Assembly: GCA_965218795.1 (NCBI GenBank)
Contig: OZ244653.1
Span: 832,001 to 896,000 of the forward strand
From: a bacterium
GTDB lineage: Bacteria; UBA8248; JACPRG01; G963555815
DNA length: 64,000 nucleotides
Reading direction: 5' to 3'
A program made the position numbers and the translations under genes. The notes beneath the pieces were generated by a model. That model was not told the origin of the DNA and made no database searches. It saw nothing but the letters and a program-made list of their open reading frames with translations. Shown here in pieces: positions 48,729-58,489 of this stretch (position 1 is the stretch's first letter; every line of letters begins with the position of its first letter).

Positions 48729-49961
48729 TCAGCTTCGCCCATCGGACCCTTTTTCCAGGCCGAAGGCCTCATGGAGAGATCGGACGGCCAGCTCCGCATA
48801 CTTGGAGTCGACGACGCACGAAACCAGGATCTCCGAGGTGCTGATCATGGAAATGTTGACCCCGAGATCGGCCAGCGTGCCGAACATCTTGGCGGCGATC
48901 CCGGAGTGGCTCCTCATTCCGATTCCAACGATGGACACCTTGGCAATCTGATCGTTCGTCTTGATGGCGCACGCCCCCAGCTCCCGGCTTGTGGAATCCA
49001 TGATTTTCCGGGCCAGGGGAAGAGAGTCGAGCGGTACGGTGAACGAGATGTCCGCCGCGTCGTCGGATCCGACGTTCTGGACGATCATGTCCACCACGAT
49101 ACCGGCCTCCGCCAGATCGCCGAACAGCTTTCCGGCGATGCCGGGCCGATCGTGAATACCTTCGAGGGTGACCTGGGCCTGTTTTCGGTCGCAGTTGACG
49201 GCCGAGACCACAACGCCTTCCATGCCTTCATCATCTTGGGTGACCACGGTTCCTTCCTCGTCCGTAAAAGAAGAGCGAACTTCCATCTCCACTTCGTATT
49301 TTTTTGCGAACTCCACTGAGCGGGCCTGAAGAACTTTGGCCCCCAACCCCGCCATCTCCAGCATCTCATCATAGGATATCCGGGGTATCTTTCGCGCCTC
49401 GGGAACGATCCGAGGATCGGCGGTGAAGACTCCCGGAACGTCGGTCAGAATCTGGCACAGATCGGCCCTCAGGGCGGCCGCCAGGGCGACTGCCGTCAGG
49501 TCTGATCCGCCCCGGCCGAGCGTCGTCACGTCGCGGTCATCGCCGACCCCCTGAAAACCGGCCACCACGGGGACTCGGTTTTCCTTTAAGGCGTCGACGA
49601 TCTCGTCGGCCACGACCGTGCGGATCCGGGCCGATGTATGCGTCCCGGTCGTCCGGATTCCGGCGCGGAGCCCGGTGAACGACAGCGCGGCATGACCGGC
49701 GGCGTTCAGGGCGATGGCCAACAGCGAGCTGGTGACCCGCTCTCCGGAGGAGAGCAGGTAATCCATCTCCCGCTGGTTCGGAACCTCCGCCAGCTGATGG
49801 GCCAAGCCGACCAGCTTGTCCGTCTCGCCCGCCATGGCCGAAACCACGACAACGACTTGGTGCCCCTCGTCGATCGTCCGCCCTACGCGAGACGCCACGC
49901 TGCTGATGCGGTCAAGGTCCCCGACGGAGGTGCCCCCGTATTTTTGAACCAGAAGAGCCAT
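48729..49961 (-). CDS. lysC: aspartate kinase
   Basis: [24 protein letters not shown], two ACT domains, ISTSEI. Confidence 0.97.
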   Translation of the reverse strand: MALLVQKYGGTSVGDLDRISSVASRVGRTIDEGHQVVVVVSAMAGETDKLVGLAHQLAEVPNQREMDYLLSSGERVTSSLLAIALNAAGHAALSFTGLRAGIRTTGTHTSARIRTVVADEIVDALKENRVPVVAGFQGVGDDRDVTTLGRGGSDLTAVALAAALRADLCQILTDVPGVFTADPRIVPEARKIPRISYDEMLEMAGLGAKVLQARSVEFAKKYEVEMEVRSSFTDEEGTVVTQDDEGMEGVVVSAVNCDRKQAQVTLEGIHDRPGIAGKLFGDLAEAGIVVDMIVQNVGSDDAADISFTVPLDSLPLARKIMDSTSRELGACAIKTNDQIAKVSIVGIGMRSHSGIAAKMFGTLADLGVNISMISTSEILVSCVVDSKYAELAVRSLHEAFGLEKGSDGRS

Positions 49962-50067
49962 GCTTCACGAGCCGCTCGAATTCATTCAATCCAGGAATAC
50001 CGCCGATGTTCCCAGGGCGGCGTTTTGTCATTCCCTCCGGAAGGTTCCTGTATCGCCCTTGTACTAC

Positions 50068-51258
50068 CTATTCCCCGCTATTCAACAGACAAGGCAACAG
50101 CCTCGATCCTTCCGTCAGTCGGACGCTTCCGCGAACCAGAAGCCGCTCGTCGAACTCCTTCCCCCGATCGGCGTCAACGCCGCTTCCGCAGAATGCGAGC
50201 GGCACGGGCGCGGCCGCGTGCTGTCCGTCAACCGGACTCGTTCGGTGGTCCGCCAGGACAGCCATCCTGTAATCGCCGAAGGAAGCCGCCCGCTCCTGAA
50301 GGGCGCCCGCAAGCGAATCGAACTGCTCGATCATCGCCACTTTCATTTCCGGGTTCATTTGATGCGCCGCTCTGTCCCCCGCGTCGCAATGGACGAAAAG
50401 GACATCGGCCGATTGGAGATAGCCGCCGGCCGCCTCCGCCCACGGTCCAGGGACAACCCCGCCATCGGGCGCTTCCACAACGTCCATTTCACAGGAGACC
50501 GCAATTCCCCGAAGGGCGGCGGACTTCGTCAGGATGCCGCCCACCCTCCCCCACCGCTCCGAAAAGCCGCCGCCGCGATCGACCCGCTCGCCGGCGCCGT
50601 AGGCCCAAATGCTGTTGACGGCGGTCCGCCCGGTATTTCTGCGCTCTGCATTGTCGGGATGGGCGGCGAGCACCATCTGCGCGCTGTTGTAGATCTGGTC
50701 AAGCTCACGGCTGCGCTCACCCCGGGGCATGGCGTCCTTGACCTCCGCCCCCAGAATGCGATGCGTCGGCGTCAGATCCAAATCCCGTGCCCCGTTCCTC
50801 CACAGCATGAGACCCCGGTATTCACTGACGTGATGAAAAATCAGCTCGCCGTTACCGAGAGCCTCCTGGAGGCTTTCGACGTACGGCCGTCCCTCCTCAT
50901 CGCTTTCGATCCCAGCCGTATGGTCGGCGAGGATCAGGCGCTGATAGTCGGTGAACAGGTGGACGAGGTTGAAGTGAAACGCCACTTGGTCTTCCTCGAC
51001 CGGACGCCCCGACCCCAGCGCCTCGAGCGGACCCCGGGGCATCCCCTCCGTCAGAGACCCCAACCCGAGCAGATTCGCCAGAGCCGTCTCGGAGACCGGC
51101 TCCCGGCCCTCTGCGATGGTCTGGACCATCCCCGTCTTTCCCGCTGCGGCGATGCGATCCAGATTCGGCGTTTCGGCGGCTTCCAGGGGGGAGCGGTTGC
51201 CGATGGCCTCGAGCGCCTCATCGGGCATACCACCGCCAAGCAAGACCAGAACCTTCAC
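50068..51258 (-). CDS. apgM: ApgM-like alkaline-phosphatase-superfamily protein (cofactor-independent phosphoglycerate mutase / proposed homoserine kinase family)
   Basis: SPLEAAETPNLDRIA..G..G, RGPLEALG, HCDAGDRAAH, LADH, PVP; lies between thrC and lysC. The N-terminal GDG motif reads GGG. Confidence 0.8.
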   Translation of the reverse strand: MKVLVLLGGGMPDEALEAIGNRSPLEAAETPNLDRIAAAGKTGMVQTIAEGREPVSETALANLLGLGSLTEGMPRGPLEALGSGRPVEEDQVAFHFNLVHLFTDYQRLILADHTAGIESDEEGRPYVESLQEALGNGELIFHHVSEYRGLMLWRNGARDLDLTPTHRILGAEVKDAMPRGERSRELDQIYNSAQMVLAAHPDNAERRNTGRTAVNSIWAYGAGERVDRGGGFSERWGRVGGILTKSAALRGIAVSCEMDVVEAPDGGVVPGPWAEAAGGYLQSADVLFVHCDAGDRAAHQMNPEMKVAMIEQFDSLAGALQERAASFGDYRMAVLADHRTSPVDGQHAAAPVPLAFCGSGVDADRGKEFDERLLVRGSVRLTEGSRLLPCLLNSGE

Positions 51259-51262
51259 CGGC

Positions 51263-52429
51263 TCAATTTCCTTCCCCGCCGGACGCCTTTTCCAGTCCCA
51301 GGCATTCCACCACCGGCTGAAGTCTGGCTTCCACGGTTGCGGGCTGCCGACTCATCCGGATGACGCTGTCGGGGTCTTTGAGGCCATGGCCGGTCAGGGT
51401 ACAAACGACCTCCGCGTCGGGCGGAATCCGTCCGGCCTCCGCATCCTTCAGCAGACCCGCCACCGACGCCGCTGACGCCGGCTCGCAGAAGATTCCCTCG
51501 GACGAGGCCAGAAGGCGGTAGGCGTTCAGAATCTCGTCATCGGACACCATGTCGATGCGCCCTCCGGATTCCTCCTCCGCCGCCACCGCGCCTTTCCAGC
51601 TCGCCGGATGACCGATTCGGATGGCGGTCGCGAAGGTTTCCGGGTTCTCGACGATGTGCCCCCTCACAATGGGCGCCGCCCCCTCCGCCTGCCAGCCCCG
51701 CATCTCGGGAGCGGAGGCAATGAGGCCCTCGTGCAAAAACTGGCTGTACCCCATCCAGTAGGCTGTAATATTCCCGGCGTTGCCCACCGGAATGTAGTGA
51801 AGGTCCGGCGCGCGGCCGCCCAGTTGCTCGCAAATTTCGAACGCGGCCGTCTTTTGCCCTTCCAGCCGATACGGATTGAGGGAATTGACGAGCGTGACGG
51901 CGTACTCCTCGCAGAGACCGCGGACCAGGTCCAGAGCCTGGTCGAAGCTCCCCTCGATTTGAACGACATCGGCCGAATGGATAATGGCCTGCGTCAACTT
52001 GCCCAGCGCGATTTTCCCGCGGGGGATCAGGACGACGCAGCGAAGCCCCGCCTTGGCGGCATACGCGGCCGCCGATGCCGACGTGTTTCCCGTCGATGCG
52101 CAGATCACCGCCTGCGCGCCCTCCTCAACGGCCTTCGAGACTGCAAGCGTCATCCCCCGGTCCTTGAAGGAGCCTGTCGGATTGAGGCCCTCCAGCTTCA
52201 GCAGGATCTCCGACTTCAGGCCCAGGCGATCAGCGAGACGCCGCGCCGGCACGATAGGCGTGTTTCCTTCCTGAAGCGTCACCACAGGGGTGGATTTGGA
52301 GACGGGCAGGTGGTTCTTGTATTGCCGGATGACGCCCGGCCAGGAGTCCAGGGCGGTGGTGGGTGCACCCAGTGACGCGGCGTCATCCAAGGGCATGCCG
52401 CCGGGCAGCGAGGGCTCGGTGGACATCAC
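51263..52429 (-). CDS. thrC: threonine synthase
   Basis: EGNTP, NPTGSFKDRG (PLP Lys), CASTGNTSAS, PVGNAGN, TGHGLKD. Confidence 0.98.
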   Translation of the reverse strand: MMSTEPSLPGGMPLDDAASLGAPTTALDSWPGVIRQYKNHLPVSKSTPVVTLQEGNTPIVPARRLADRLGLKSEILLKLEGLNPTGSFKDRGMTLAVSKAVEEGAQAVICASTGNTSASAAAYAAKAGLRCVVLIPRGKIALGKLTQAIIHSADVVQIEGSFDQALDLVRGLCEEYAVTLVNSLNPYRLEGQKTAAFEICEQLGGRAPDLHYIPVGNAGNITAYWMGYSQFLHEGLIASAPEMRGWQAEGAAPIVRGHIVENPETFATAIRIGHPASWKGAVAAEEESGGRIDMVSDDEILNAYRLLASSEGIFCEPASAASVAGLLKDAEAGRIPPDAEVVCTLTGHGLKDPDSVIRMSRQPATVEARLQPVVECLGLEKASGGEGN

Positions 52430-53763
52430 ATCTGCCCTTCCGAGGTTTCCACGCGGATCAGCATGGTGGGAAGGCTGACAAAATCCAGTTCGTCAATTTC
52501 GGTCAGGGCGGTCTGCACGTCCTTTTCCCGCGCCTCATGGGTCATCATGACCAGCGGCACATGCCCCCCCTCCAGACGCCCTTTCTGAATGACGGCTTCG
52601 ATACTGATGTCGTTTCGCCCCAGGATTCCCGAAATGGCCGAGAGCACGCCGGGCCGGTCCTCGACCATGCACCGCAGGTAATACGATGTCACGATCTCAA
52701 AGGACGGACGAATCTGAATCGGCTCCCGCGATTGCGGCGGATAGCCCAGGAGGGGGACCCTCGAACCCGTTCCCCGGCTTGCGGCCATCCGGCGGTTCCG
52801 TGCAATCTCCATGACGTCGGCGGCTACGGCGGCGCCGGTCGGCAGGGAGCCCGCGCCCTTGCCGATGAGGATGTTGGCGTCGGATTTGTTCCCCCTGATG
52901 TAGATCGCGTTGAAGGCTCCGCCGACCTGGGCCAGGATCTGATCCTGGGACAGCATGGTCGGGCAGACCCTGACGTCCAGTTGGCCGTCGACGCGCTTCG
53001 CTTCCACGAGAAGCTTGACCCGATATCCGAGCTCTTTGGCGAACTCGAGATCCACCGGCTCGATTCGCCGAATTCCCTCAATCAGGATGTCATCCATTCC
53101 TATGGGCGTTCCGAAACACAGATTGGCCAGGATCGCAATCTTGTGTGCTGAATCAATGCCGTCGACATCGAAGGTCGGATCAGCCTCGGCGTACCCTTTT
53201 TCCTGGGCCTCCTTCAGGACCGTCTCAAACTCCAGGCCTTCTTCGGTCATTTTCGTCAGGATGTAGTTCGCCGTGCCGTTCACGATGCCGTAGACCGTTT
53301 CAATGGTGTTTGAGGAAAAACCTTCCTTGACGGCTCGGACGACGGGAATGGTCCCTCCGACGGCGGCCTCAAAGCCCATTTCGAGCCCCATCTCGGCCGC
53401 CATGCCGAAAATTTCTTCGCCGTGCTGGGCCAACAGTGCTTTGTTGGCCGTGACGACATGCTTTCCCGCCTTCAGAGCCCGCAGGATAAACGTCTTGGCC
53501 GGCTCGTATCCGCCCACGAGCTCGACGACGACGTCGATTTTGGAATCCTCCAGCAGGCCGTCCACGTCCTGCGACAGCATCCCGTCGGGGATCTGGACGC
53601 CCCGATCTGTGGTCGTGTCCAGGTCCGCGATCCGCTTGATCCGGATCGGGTAGCCCAGGCGCCGCTCGATCTCATCGGCGTTGTCCTGAAGGGTGCTCAC
53701 CAGACCGGTGCCTACGGTTCCGAAACCAATGATTCCGATATCAAATGTGGATTTTTCGGTCAT
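52426..53763 (-). CDS. hom: homoserine dehydrogenase (with C-terminal ACT domain)
   Basis: GFGTVG, VVTANK, FEAAVGG, NGTANYIL, GYAEADP. ATG 53763. Confidence 0.98.
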   Translation of the reverse strand: MTEKSTFDIGIIGFGTVGTGLVSTLQDNADEIERRLGYPIRIKRIADLDTTTDRGVQIPDGMLSQDVDGLLEDSKIDVVVELVGGYEPAKTFILRALKAGKHVVTANKALLAQHGEEIFGMAAEMGLEMGFEAAVGGTIPVVRAVKEGFSSNTIETVYGIVNGTANYILTKMTEEGLEFETVLKEAQEKGYAEADPTFDVDGIDSAHKIAILANLCFGTPIGMDDILIEGIRRIEPVDLEFAKELGYRVKLLVEAKRVDGQLDVRVCPTMLSQDQILAQVGGAFNAIYIRGNKSDANILIGKGAGSLPTGAAVAADVMEIARNRRMAASRGTGSRVPLLGYPPQSREPIQIRPSFEIVTSYYLRCMVEDRPGVLSAISGILGRNDISIEAVIQKGRLEGGHVPLVMMTHEAREKDVQTALTEIDELDFVSLPTMLIRVETSEGQM

Positions 53764-53829
53764 TTTCGCAATCGCCCATCGGACGAGAATCCTCCCCGGA
53801 ACGGGAGAATCGGTCACGCAAAACCAGCT

Positions 53830-54756
53830 TCAAATAGAAATATATGTCCGAGCCACTGATGGGGCTGCCGTTTCCTGCGGGCCGACGGCTGCCGGGGTCT
53901 TCTCCCGGATGGTCTCGTAAACCTCCTCGGCGTTGAAAGAACTTCGCACAAAGGGGCCGGAGAAGACGTAATCGAATCCCATCTCCCGTCCGATCCGCTC
54001 ATATTCGGCGAACCGATCGGGATGGACGAACTCTTCAACGGGCAGATGCTCGGTCGAGGGCTGGAGGTACTGGCCGACAGTCAGGATACGGCAGCCGGAA
54101 TCCCTCAAGTCCGCCATCACGTCCCCCACCTCATCCGGAGTCTCTCCGAGACCCACCATGATTCCCGACTTGGTGACGGACAGACCGGCGTCCGCGACCA
54201 TTCGGATGAGCTGGAGCGACCACTGGTAATTCGCCCCGAGCCGCACGTCCCGATACAGCCGGGGGACCGTTTCAATGTTGTGGTTGTAGATATCGGGTGA
54301 GGCTTGAATGACCCGTTCGATGGCGGCCTCATGGCCGCGGAAATCCGGCGTCAGAATTTCCACGGACGAACCAGGAAGCCTTCTGCGAAGCGCGGCAATC
54401 GTCTGGACGAACTGTTCGGCCCCTTTGTCGGGCAGGTCATCACGATCCACCGAAGTCACGACCACATGGCGCAGACCCATCTGCTCCGCCGCATCCGCAA
54501 CATGTTCCGGCTCATGGGGATCGACGGCAAGCGGTCTTCCGGTATCGACGGCGCAGAAGCCGCACTTTCGCGTGCAGATGTCGCCCAGAATCATGAACGT
54601 GGCCGTTGGCTTGGACCAGCACTCGTACAGGTTGGGGCAACGGGCCTCTTCGCAAACGGTGTGAAGGCGTTTTTGACGCATGAGCGCCTTCACCCGGTGG
54701 GTTTCTTCGCTGAAATTCAGACGCTTTCGCATCCAGGGCGGGAAGCGTGGAGGCAA
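53830..54756 (-). CDS. lipA: lipoyl synthase
   Basis: CEEARCPNLYEC (auxiliary cluster), CTRKCGFC (radical SAM), HNIETV, VRSS. TTG 54756 after GGAGAGG. Confidence 0.98.
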   Translation of the reverse strand: MPPRFPPWMRKRLNFSEETHRVKALMRQKRLHTVCEEARCPNLYECWSKPTATFMILGDICTRKCGFCAVDTGRPLAVDPHEPEHVADAAEQMGLRHVVVTSVDRDDLPDKGAEQFVQTIAALRRRLPGSSVEILTPDFRGHEAAIERVIQASPDIYNHNIETVPRLYRDVRLGANYQWSLQLIRMVADAGLSVTKSGIMVGLGETPDEVGDVMADLRDSGCRILTVGQYLQPSTEHLPVEEFVHPDRFAEYERIGREMGFDYVFSGPFVRSSFNAEEVYETIREKTPAAVGPQETAAPSVARTYISI

Positions 54757-54819
54757 GGTCGTTTCCTCTCCAATCTCGGCAATGACCCGCAACACCGAAC
54801 GATAGCCGAATCCCTTTGA

Positions 54820-54849
54820 ATGGTATGTCCCCCCCCTGAGGACTGTCAA
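54820..54849 (-). promoter_or_regulatory. sigma70-type promoter for the lipA-hom-thrC operon
   Basis: TTGACA-N18-TACCAT, about 64 nt upstream of lipA. Confidence 0.6.
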
Positions 54850-54883
54850 GGAGGCGGAACGCCGAGGGATCAAGCGTAGAACG

Positions 54884-54899
54884 GATTTTCCGGAAAATC
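54884..54899. repeat. perfect 16-bp palindrome GATTTTCCGGAAAATC
   Basis: Read directly from the sequence; about 35 nt upstream of the lipA -35 box. Confidence 0.75.
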
Positions 54900-55059
54900 G
54901 GAGCGGACGGAAAGCCGGGTTCCCAAACGGGATTGGGACAGTAAAGCGTAGAAACTGAAAAAGGAAAGATGCGGGTCAGCGGGTTTTCGAACCCTCACGG
55001 GAGAATCGCAAAGGCGGCTTCCACACGAGAGTCCACTTTTCGCCTGCTCATATGACACG

Positions 55060-56754
55060 TTACATCCGTATTGGTGCAGAAATGCCCAGCAACCCGAGCG
55101 CATGCCTCAGGACGGTCCCGGAAAACCGAATCAGAAAAAGTCTGGCCCGGGTGAGAGAATCGTTATCCGAGATAAATCGGTGATGCTTGTAATAATTATG
55201 AAAAATCCCCGCCATTTCCATCAGAAAGTGCGTCAGACGGTGAGGCTCCAGGTTCAAGGCGGCGCCTTCAACGACTTCCGGGAAGCGAAGGAGTTCCATG
55301 ATCAGGGAGCGTTCTTCGGGGAGGCTCAAAGGGCCGAGATCCACCTCGTCGGCATCCGGGATCGAGAGCCCTTGACTCTCGGCTTCCCTCATCACGCTGC
55401 AAACCCGCGCGTGCGCATACTGGACGTAAAATACCGGATTCTCCGAGGACTGTTCCTTCGCAAGATCCATATCAAATTCCAGTTGGCTGTCCGAGCGTCG
55501 CATCAAGAGGAAGAACCGTGTGGCGTCGGTACCGACTTCCCGCACCACTTCGGATAACTCGACGAACTGCCCCTGGCGGGTGGACATCGAGATCGGTTCT
55601 CCGCCACGGGTGAGTGAAACCAATTGGACCAAAAGTATCTTCAGATCCTCCGGACGCCGGCCGAGAAGCTGAACAACGGCCTTCATGCGGAGAATATAGC
55701 CGTGGTGGTCCGCACCCCATATATTGATGACCTGGTCGTAGCCTCGCTGAAACTTGTTCCCGTGGTAGGCGACGTCAGAAGCCAAGTACGTCGGGCGTCC
55801 GTCCTTCCGAACAAGGACCCGGTCCTTGTCATCACCGAAATCGGAGGACCTCAGCCAAAGGGCGCCTTCCTTTTCATAGGCCCCATCCTTGGACCGAAGC
55901 GCCTCCAGAGACTTGGTGACCTCCTGTGAGTCGAACAGTGATTGTTCGCTGAACCAGATGTCGAATTCCGTATTGAAGTTCCGGAGGTCGTTCCCTATCT
56001 CTTCGAGGATGCTCTCGGCTGCGCGTTCGCCAAAACTGCGGACTACGGCCGATTCGTCTTCTTGGAGATGGGCCGCGCCATCCTCCTCGAAGATATCCCC
56101 CGCCAGCTCGGTGATATAGCTCCCCTGATAAAACTCATCGGGAAATTCCATCTCTTGTCCGGCGGCCTGTTGATACCTCAGATAGACCGAACGGCCCAGG
56201 GTTTCAATTTGATTACCAGCATCATTAATATAGTATTCTTTTTCAATGTGATATCCACACTTTCCTAATATTCTACTTAAAGAATCTCCGACCGCTGCGC
56301 CGCGGCCGTGGCCGATGTGGAGCGGGCCCGTCGGGTTGGCGCTGACGAACTCTACCTGAACCCGTTGGCCGCTACCCACATCCGAACCGCCGAATTCCTC
56401 TCCCTCCTTTACGGCAGCCCGTAAACTTTCCAGAAGGAAGTTCCTTCGAATGGAAAGATTGAGGAATCCCGGACCCGCAATCTCGACCCTCTCGATAACA
56501 GGATGCTCACTTCCAATCTGGCGGCCGAGGGCCTCTGCGATTTCTCCGGGGGGCATCTTCTGTGCGGATGCGGCAACCATTGCCAGGTTGGTCGAGAAAT
56601 CTCCATGAGCTTCCTCATTGGGGCGTTCGATGGAGAAATTGAATTGATCGGCACCACCGCCGTCGGCCATGAGGTCACCGGCTTCAACGGCTTTTTCGTA
56701 CGCCTCGATCACCGCTTGTTTCAATACCTCTTTCACCGCCTTCTCCGCGGACAA
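55060..56754 (-). CDS. argS: arginine--tRNA ligase
   Basis: HGDFSTN, AGPGFLN, EFVSANPTGPLHIGHGR, WGADHHGY, MSTR, NPVFYVQYAHAR. Confidence 0.99.
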   Translation of the reverse strand: MSAEKAVKEVLKQAVIEAYEKAVEAGDLMADGGGADQFNFSIERPNEEAHGDFSTNLAMVAASAQKMPPGEIAEALGRQIGSEHPVIERVEIAGPGFLNLSIRRNFLLESLRAAVKEGEEFGGSDVGSGQRVQVEFVSANPTGPLHIGHGRGAAVGDSLSRILGKCGYHIEKEYYINDAGNQIETLGRSVYLRYQQAAGQEMEFPDEFYQGSYITELAGDIFEEDGAAHLQEDESAVVRSFGERAAESILEEIGNDLRNFNTEFDIWFSEQSLFDSQEVTKSLEALRSKDGAYEKEGALWLRSSDFGDDKDRVLVRKDGRPTYLASDVAYHGNKFQRGYDQVINIWGADHHGYILRMKAVVQLLGRRPEDLKILLVQLVSLTRGGEPISMSTRQGQFVELSEVVREVGTDATRFFLLMRRSDSQLEFDMDLAKEQSSENPVFYVQYAHARVCSVMREAESQGLSIPDADEVDLGPLSLPEERSLIMELLRFPEVVEGAALNLEPHRLTHFLMEMAGIFHNYYKHHRFISDNDSLTRARLFLIRFSGTVLRHALGLLGISAPIRM

Positions 56755-56841
56755 GGTTTTGCCGTTCCAGGACTCGGTTTTCCGTTCCGCATCATGGCCT
56801 ATTTGTCATCTGAAAAAACGCTGTCAACTTGAGGTCGAACC

Positions 56842-57576
56842 TCACGACTTCAGGAATTTCAACGATTTCAGGCGGGAGCCGCAGACCTGTGTCAGAAAAT
56901 CGTCGAGAAAACGGCTGGCCTCGCTTTGAGTGGCCCGAACCGTTGTCAGCTGGAATGCGCGGACAAGCGGAAGGGAGCTCACGGCCGAGAGATGCTTGAC
57001 GGCCCCCGGAGAGAGCCGAACCCCGCCAGCCGAACACTCCGGACAAAACAGCATGGCCTGCCCCTGCCGGTAAACGGCTCCCTTGACCTCGAGAGGTCTC
57101 CCGCAATCGGCACAAGCGTCGAGATTGGGTTGATAACCCAGTTCCCCGAGCAGACGGATCTTGAAAAGGATCATGGGATCGCCCGGGGACAGCGCGGATT
57201 CCATTCTCTCGAGGACGGCCAACGAAAGGGTAAAAATCTCCCGCTGCGCCTCTCCGGTTTCGAGGAGACGATCGAGCGCCTCGGCCATGACGAGCGCGTG
57301 TTGGAGTTTTTCGTAGTTTCGGCGGATGGAGTCGAAATCCCGGAGGACGTCCGCGCTTTTCAGATGAAAGAGGTCCGCGTTCTCTTTGCCATAGTATTCC
57401 AGATGCGAGAAGGTCAGCGGCTCAACGGCGCCCGAGAGCCTGCTTTTCGCCCTTCGGGCCGAGTGCGCGATTGCCCGGAGCTTACCGTGATCCCTGCTGA
57501 GGAAGATGACGACTCGATCCGCCTCTCCCAAGTTCTGGCGCCGCAATGAGAGGGCGTCGGTTCGGAACAGTGCCAC
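56842..57576 (-). CDS. recO: DNA repair protein RecO
   Basis: LGEADRVV, HGKLRAIA, LGYQPNLDACADCG...CPEC zinc finger; follows era. Confidence 0.95.
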   Translation of the reverse strand: MALFRTDALSLRRQNLGEADRVVIFLSRDHGKLRAIAHSARRAKSRLSGAVEPLTFSHLEYYGKENADLFHLKSADVLRDFDSIRRNYEKLQHALVMAEALDRLLETGEAQREIFTLSLAVLERMESALSPGDPMILFKIRLLGELGYQPNLDACADCGRPLEVKGAVYRQGQAMLFCPECSAGGVRLSPGAVKHLSAVSSLPLVRAFQLTTVRATQSEASRFLDDFLTQVCGSRLKSLKFLKS

Positions 57577-57595
57577 GGGGTCTCCCTTCCGCGCC

Positions 57596-58477
57596 TCAAC
57601 CGCGGTCGAAGCCGAGTTCCCTCAAGGAGCGCTCCGTCCGGCTCCAATTCTTTTTTACCCGCACGCGTAAGTCGAGGTAGACGGGCGAGCCGAACCATGA
57701 TTCGAGAGAGGAACGCGCCGCCGAACCGATTCGTTTGATCATCTGGCCCTTTCGGCCGATCAGGATCGGCTTTTGGGATTCCTTTTCCACGTACAGCGTC
57801 GCCAGCAGGACGAGTCGATCCCGTTCCGGGTCGGCCTCGATATTCTCTACTTCCACCGCAGAGGCATAGGGCAATTCGTGAGAAGTCGCCTGGATGACCT
57901 GCTCCCGGATGAGCTCGGCCGCCATCTCCTCTTCGGCTTGATTGGTGATCATGTCGGGCGGGAAATAAGGCTCCCCTTCGGGCAGGTACTTCTCCAGCGT
58001 CCCCAGAAGGGTTTCCACGTTCTCCCCGGTCAAGGCGGAGATTGGAAAGATTTCATCGAACGGACGAACGTTATTGTATCGCTCGATCACCGGGAGCAGT
58101 TCCGTCCGGGCGACCCGATCGACTTTGTTGATGACGAGGAAGGAGACTGGCCCGGTCAGTTCACCCAAGAGCTTCCGGTCACTTTCGAAAGCTTCCCGGC
58201 GGGTATCGGTCATGAACAGGATGACGTCCACGTCCGCCCGGGCGGCTTCGATCTCCCTCTTCAGATAACGGTTCAGAAGCGAATCAAAGCCGGGGACACC
58301 CGGCGTGTCGATGAACACCGTCTGGGTCCGATCGGCATTCCGAATCCCGAGCACCCTCATGCGCGTGGTCCCCGGCTTGCGGGACACAATGGCCACTTTT
58401 CGTCCGAGGGCCCGGTTCAGAAACGTCGACTTCCCGACGTTGGGGCGTCCGACAATTGCCGCAAATCCGGACTTCAA
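57596..58477 (-). CDS. era: GTPase Era
   Basis: GRPNVGKST, TTR, DTPG, NKVD, ELPY, KH-type C-terminus (SQKPILIGRKG). Confidence 0.98.
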   Translation of the reverse strand: MKSGFAAIVGRPNVGKSTFLNRALGRKVAIVSRKPGTTRMRVLGIRNADRTQTVFIDTPGVPGFDSLLNRYLKREIEAARADVDVILFMTDTRREAFESDRKLLGELTGPVSFLVINKVDRVARTELLPVIERYNNVRPFDEIFPISALTGENVETLLGTLEKYLPEGEPYFPPDMITNQAEEEMAAELIREQVIQATSHELPYASAVEVENIEADPERDRLVLLATLYVEKESQKPILIGRKGQMIKRIGSAARSSLESWFGSPVYLDLRVRVKKNWSRTERSLRELGFDRG

Positions 58478-58489
58478 CCTCTCCCCCTT

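Noticed and set aside
49962-50067. Lysine riboswitch upstream of lysC
   Set aside because: The spacer is only about 106 nt and lacks L-box consensus.
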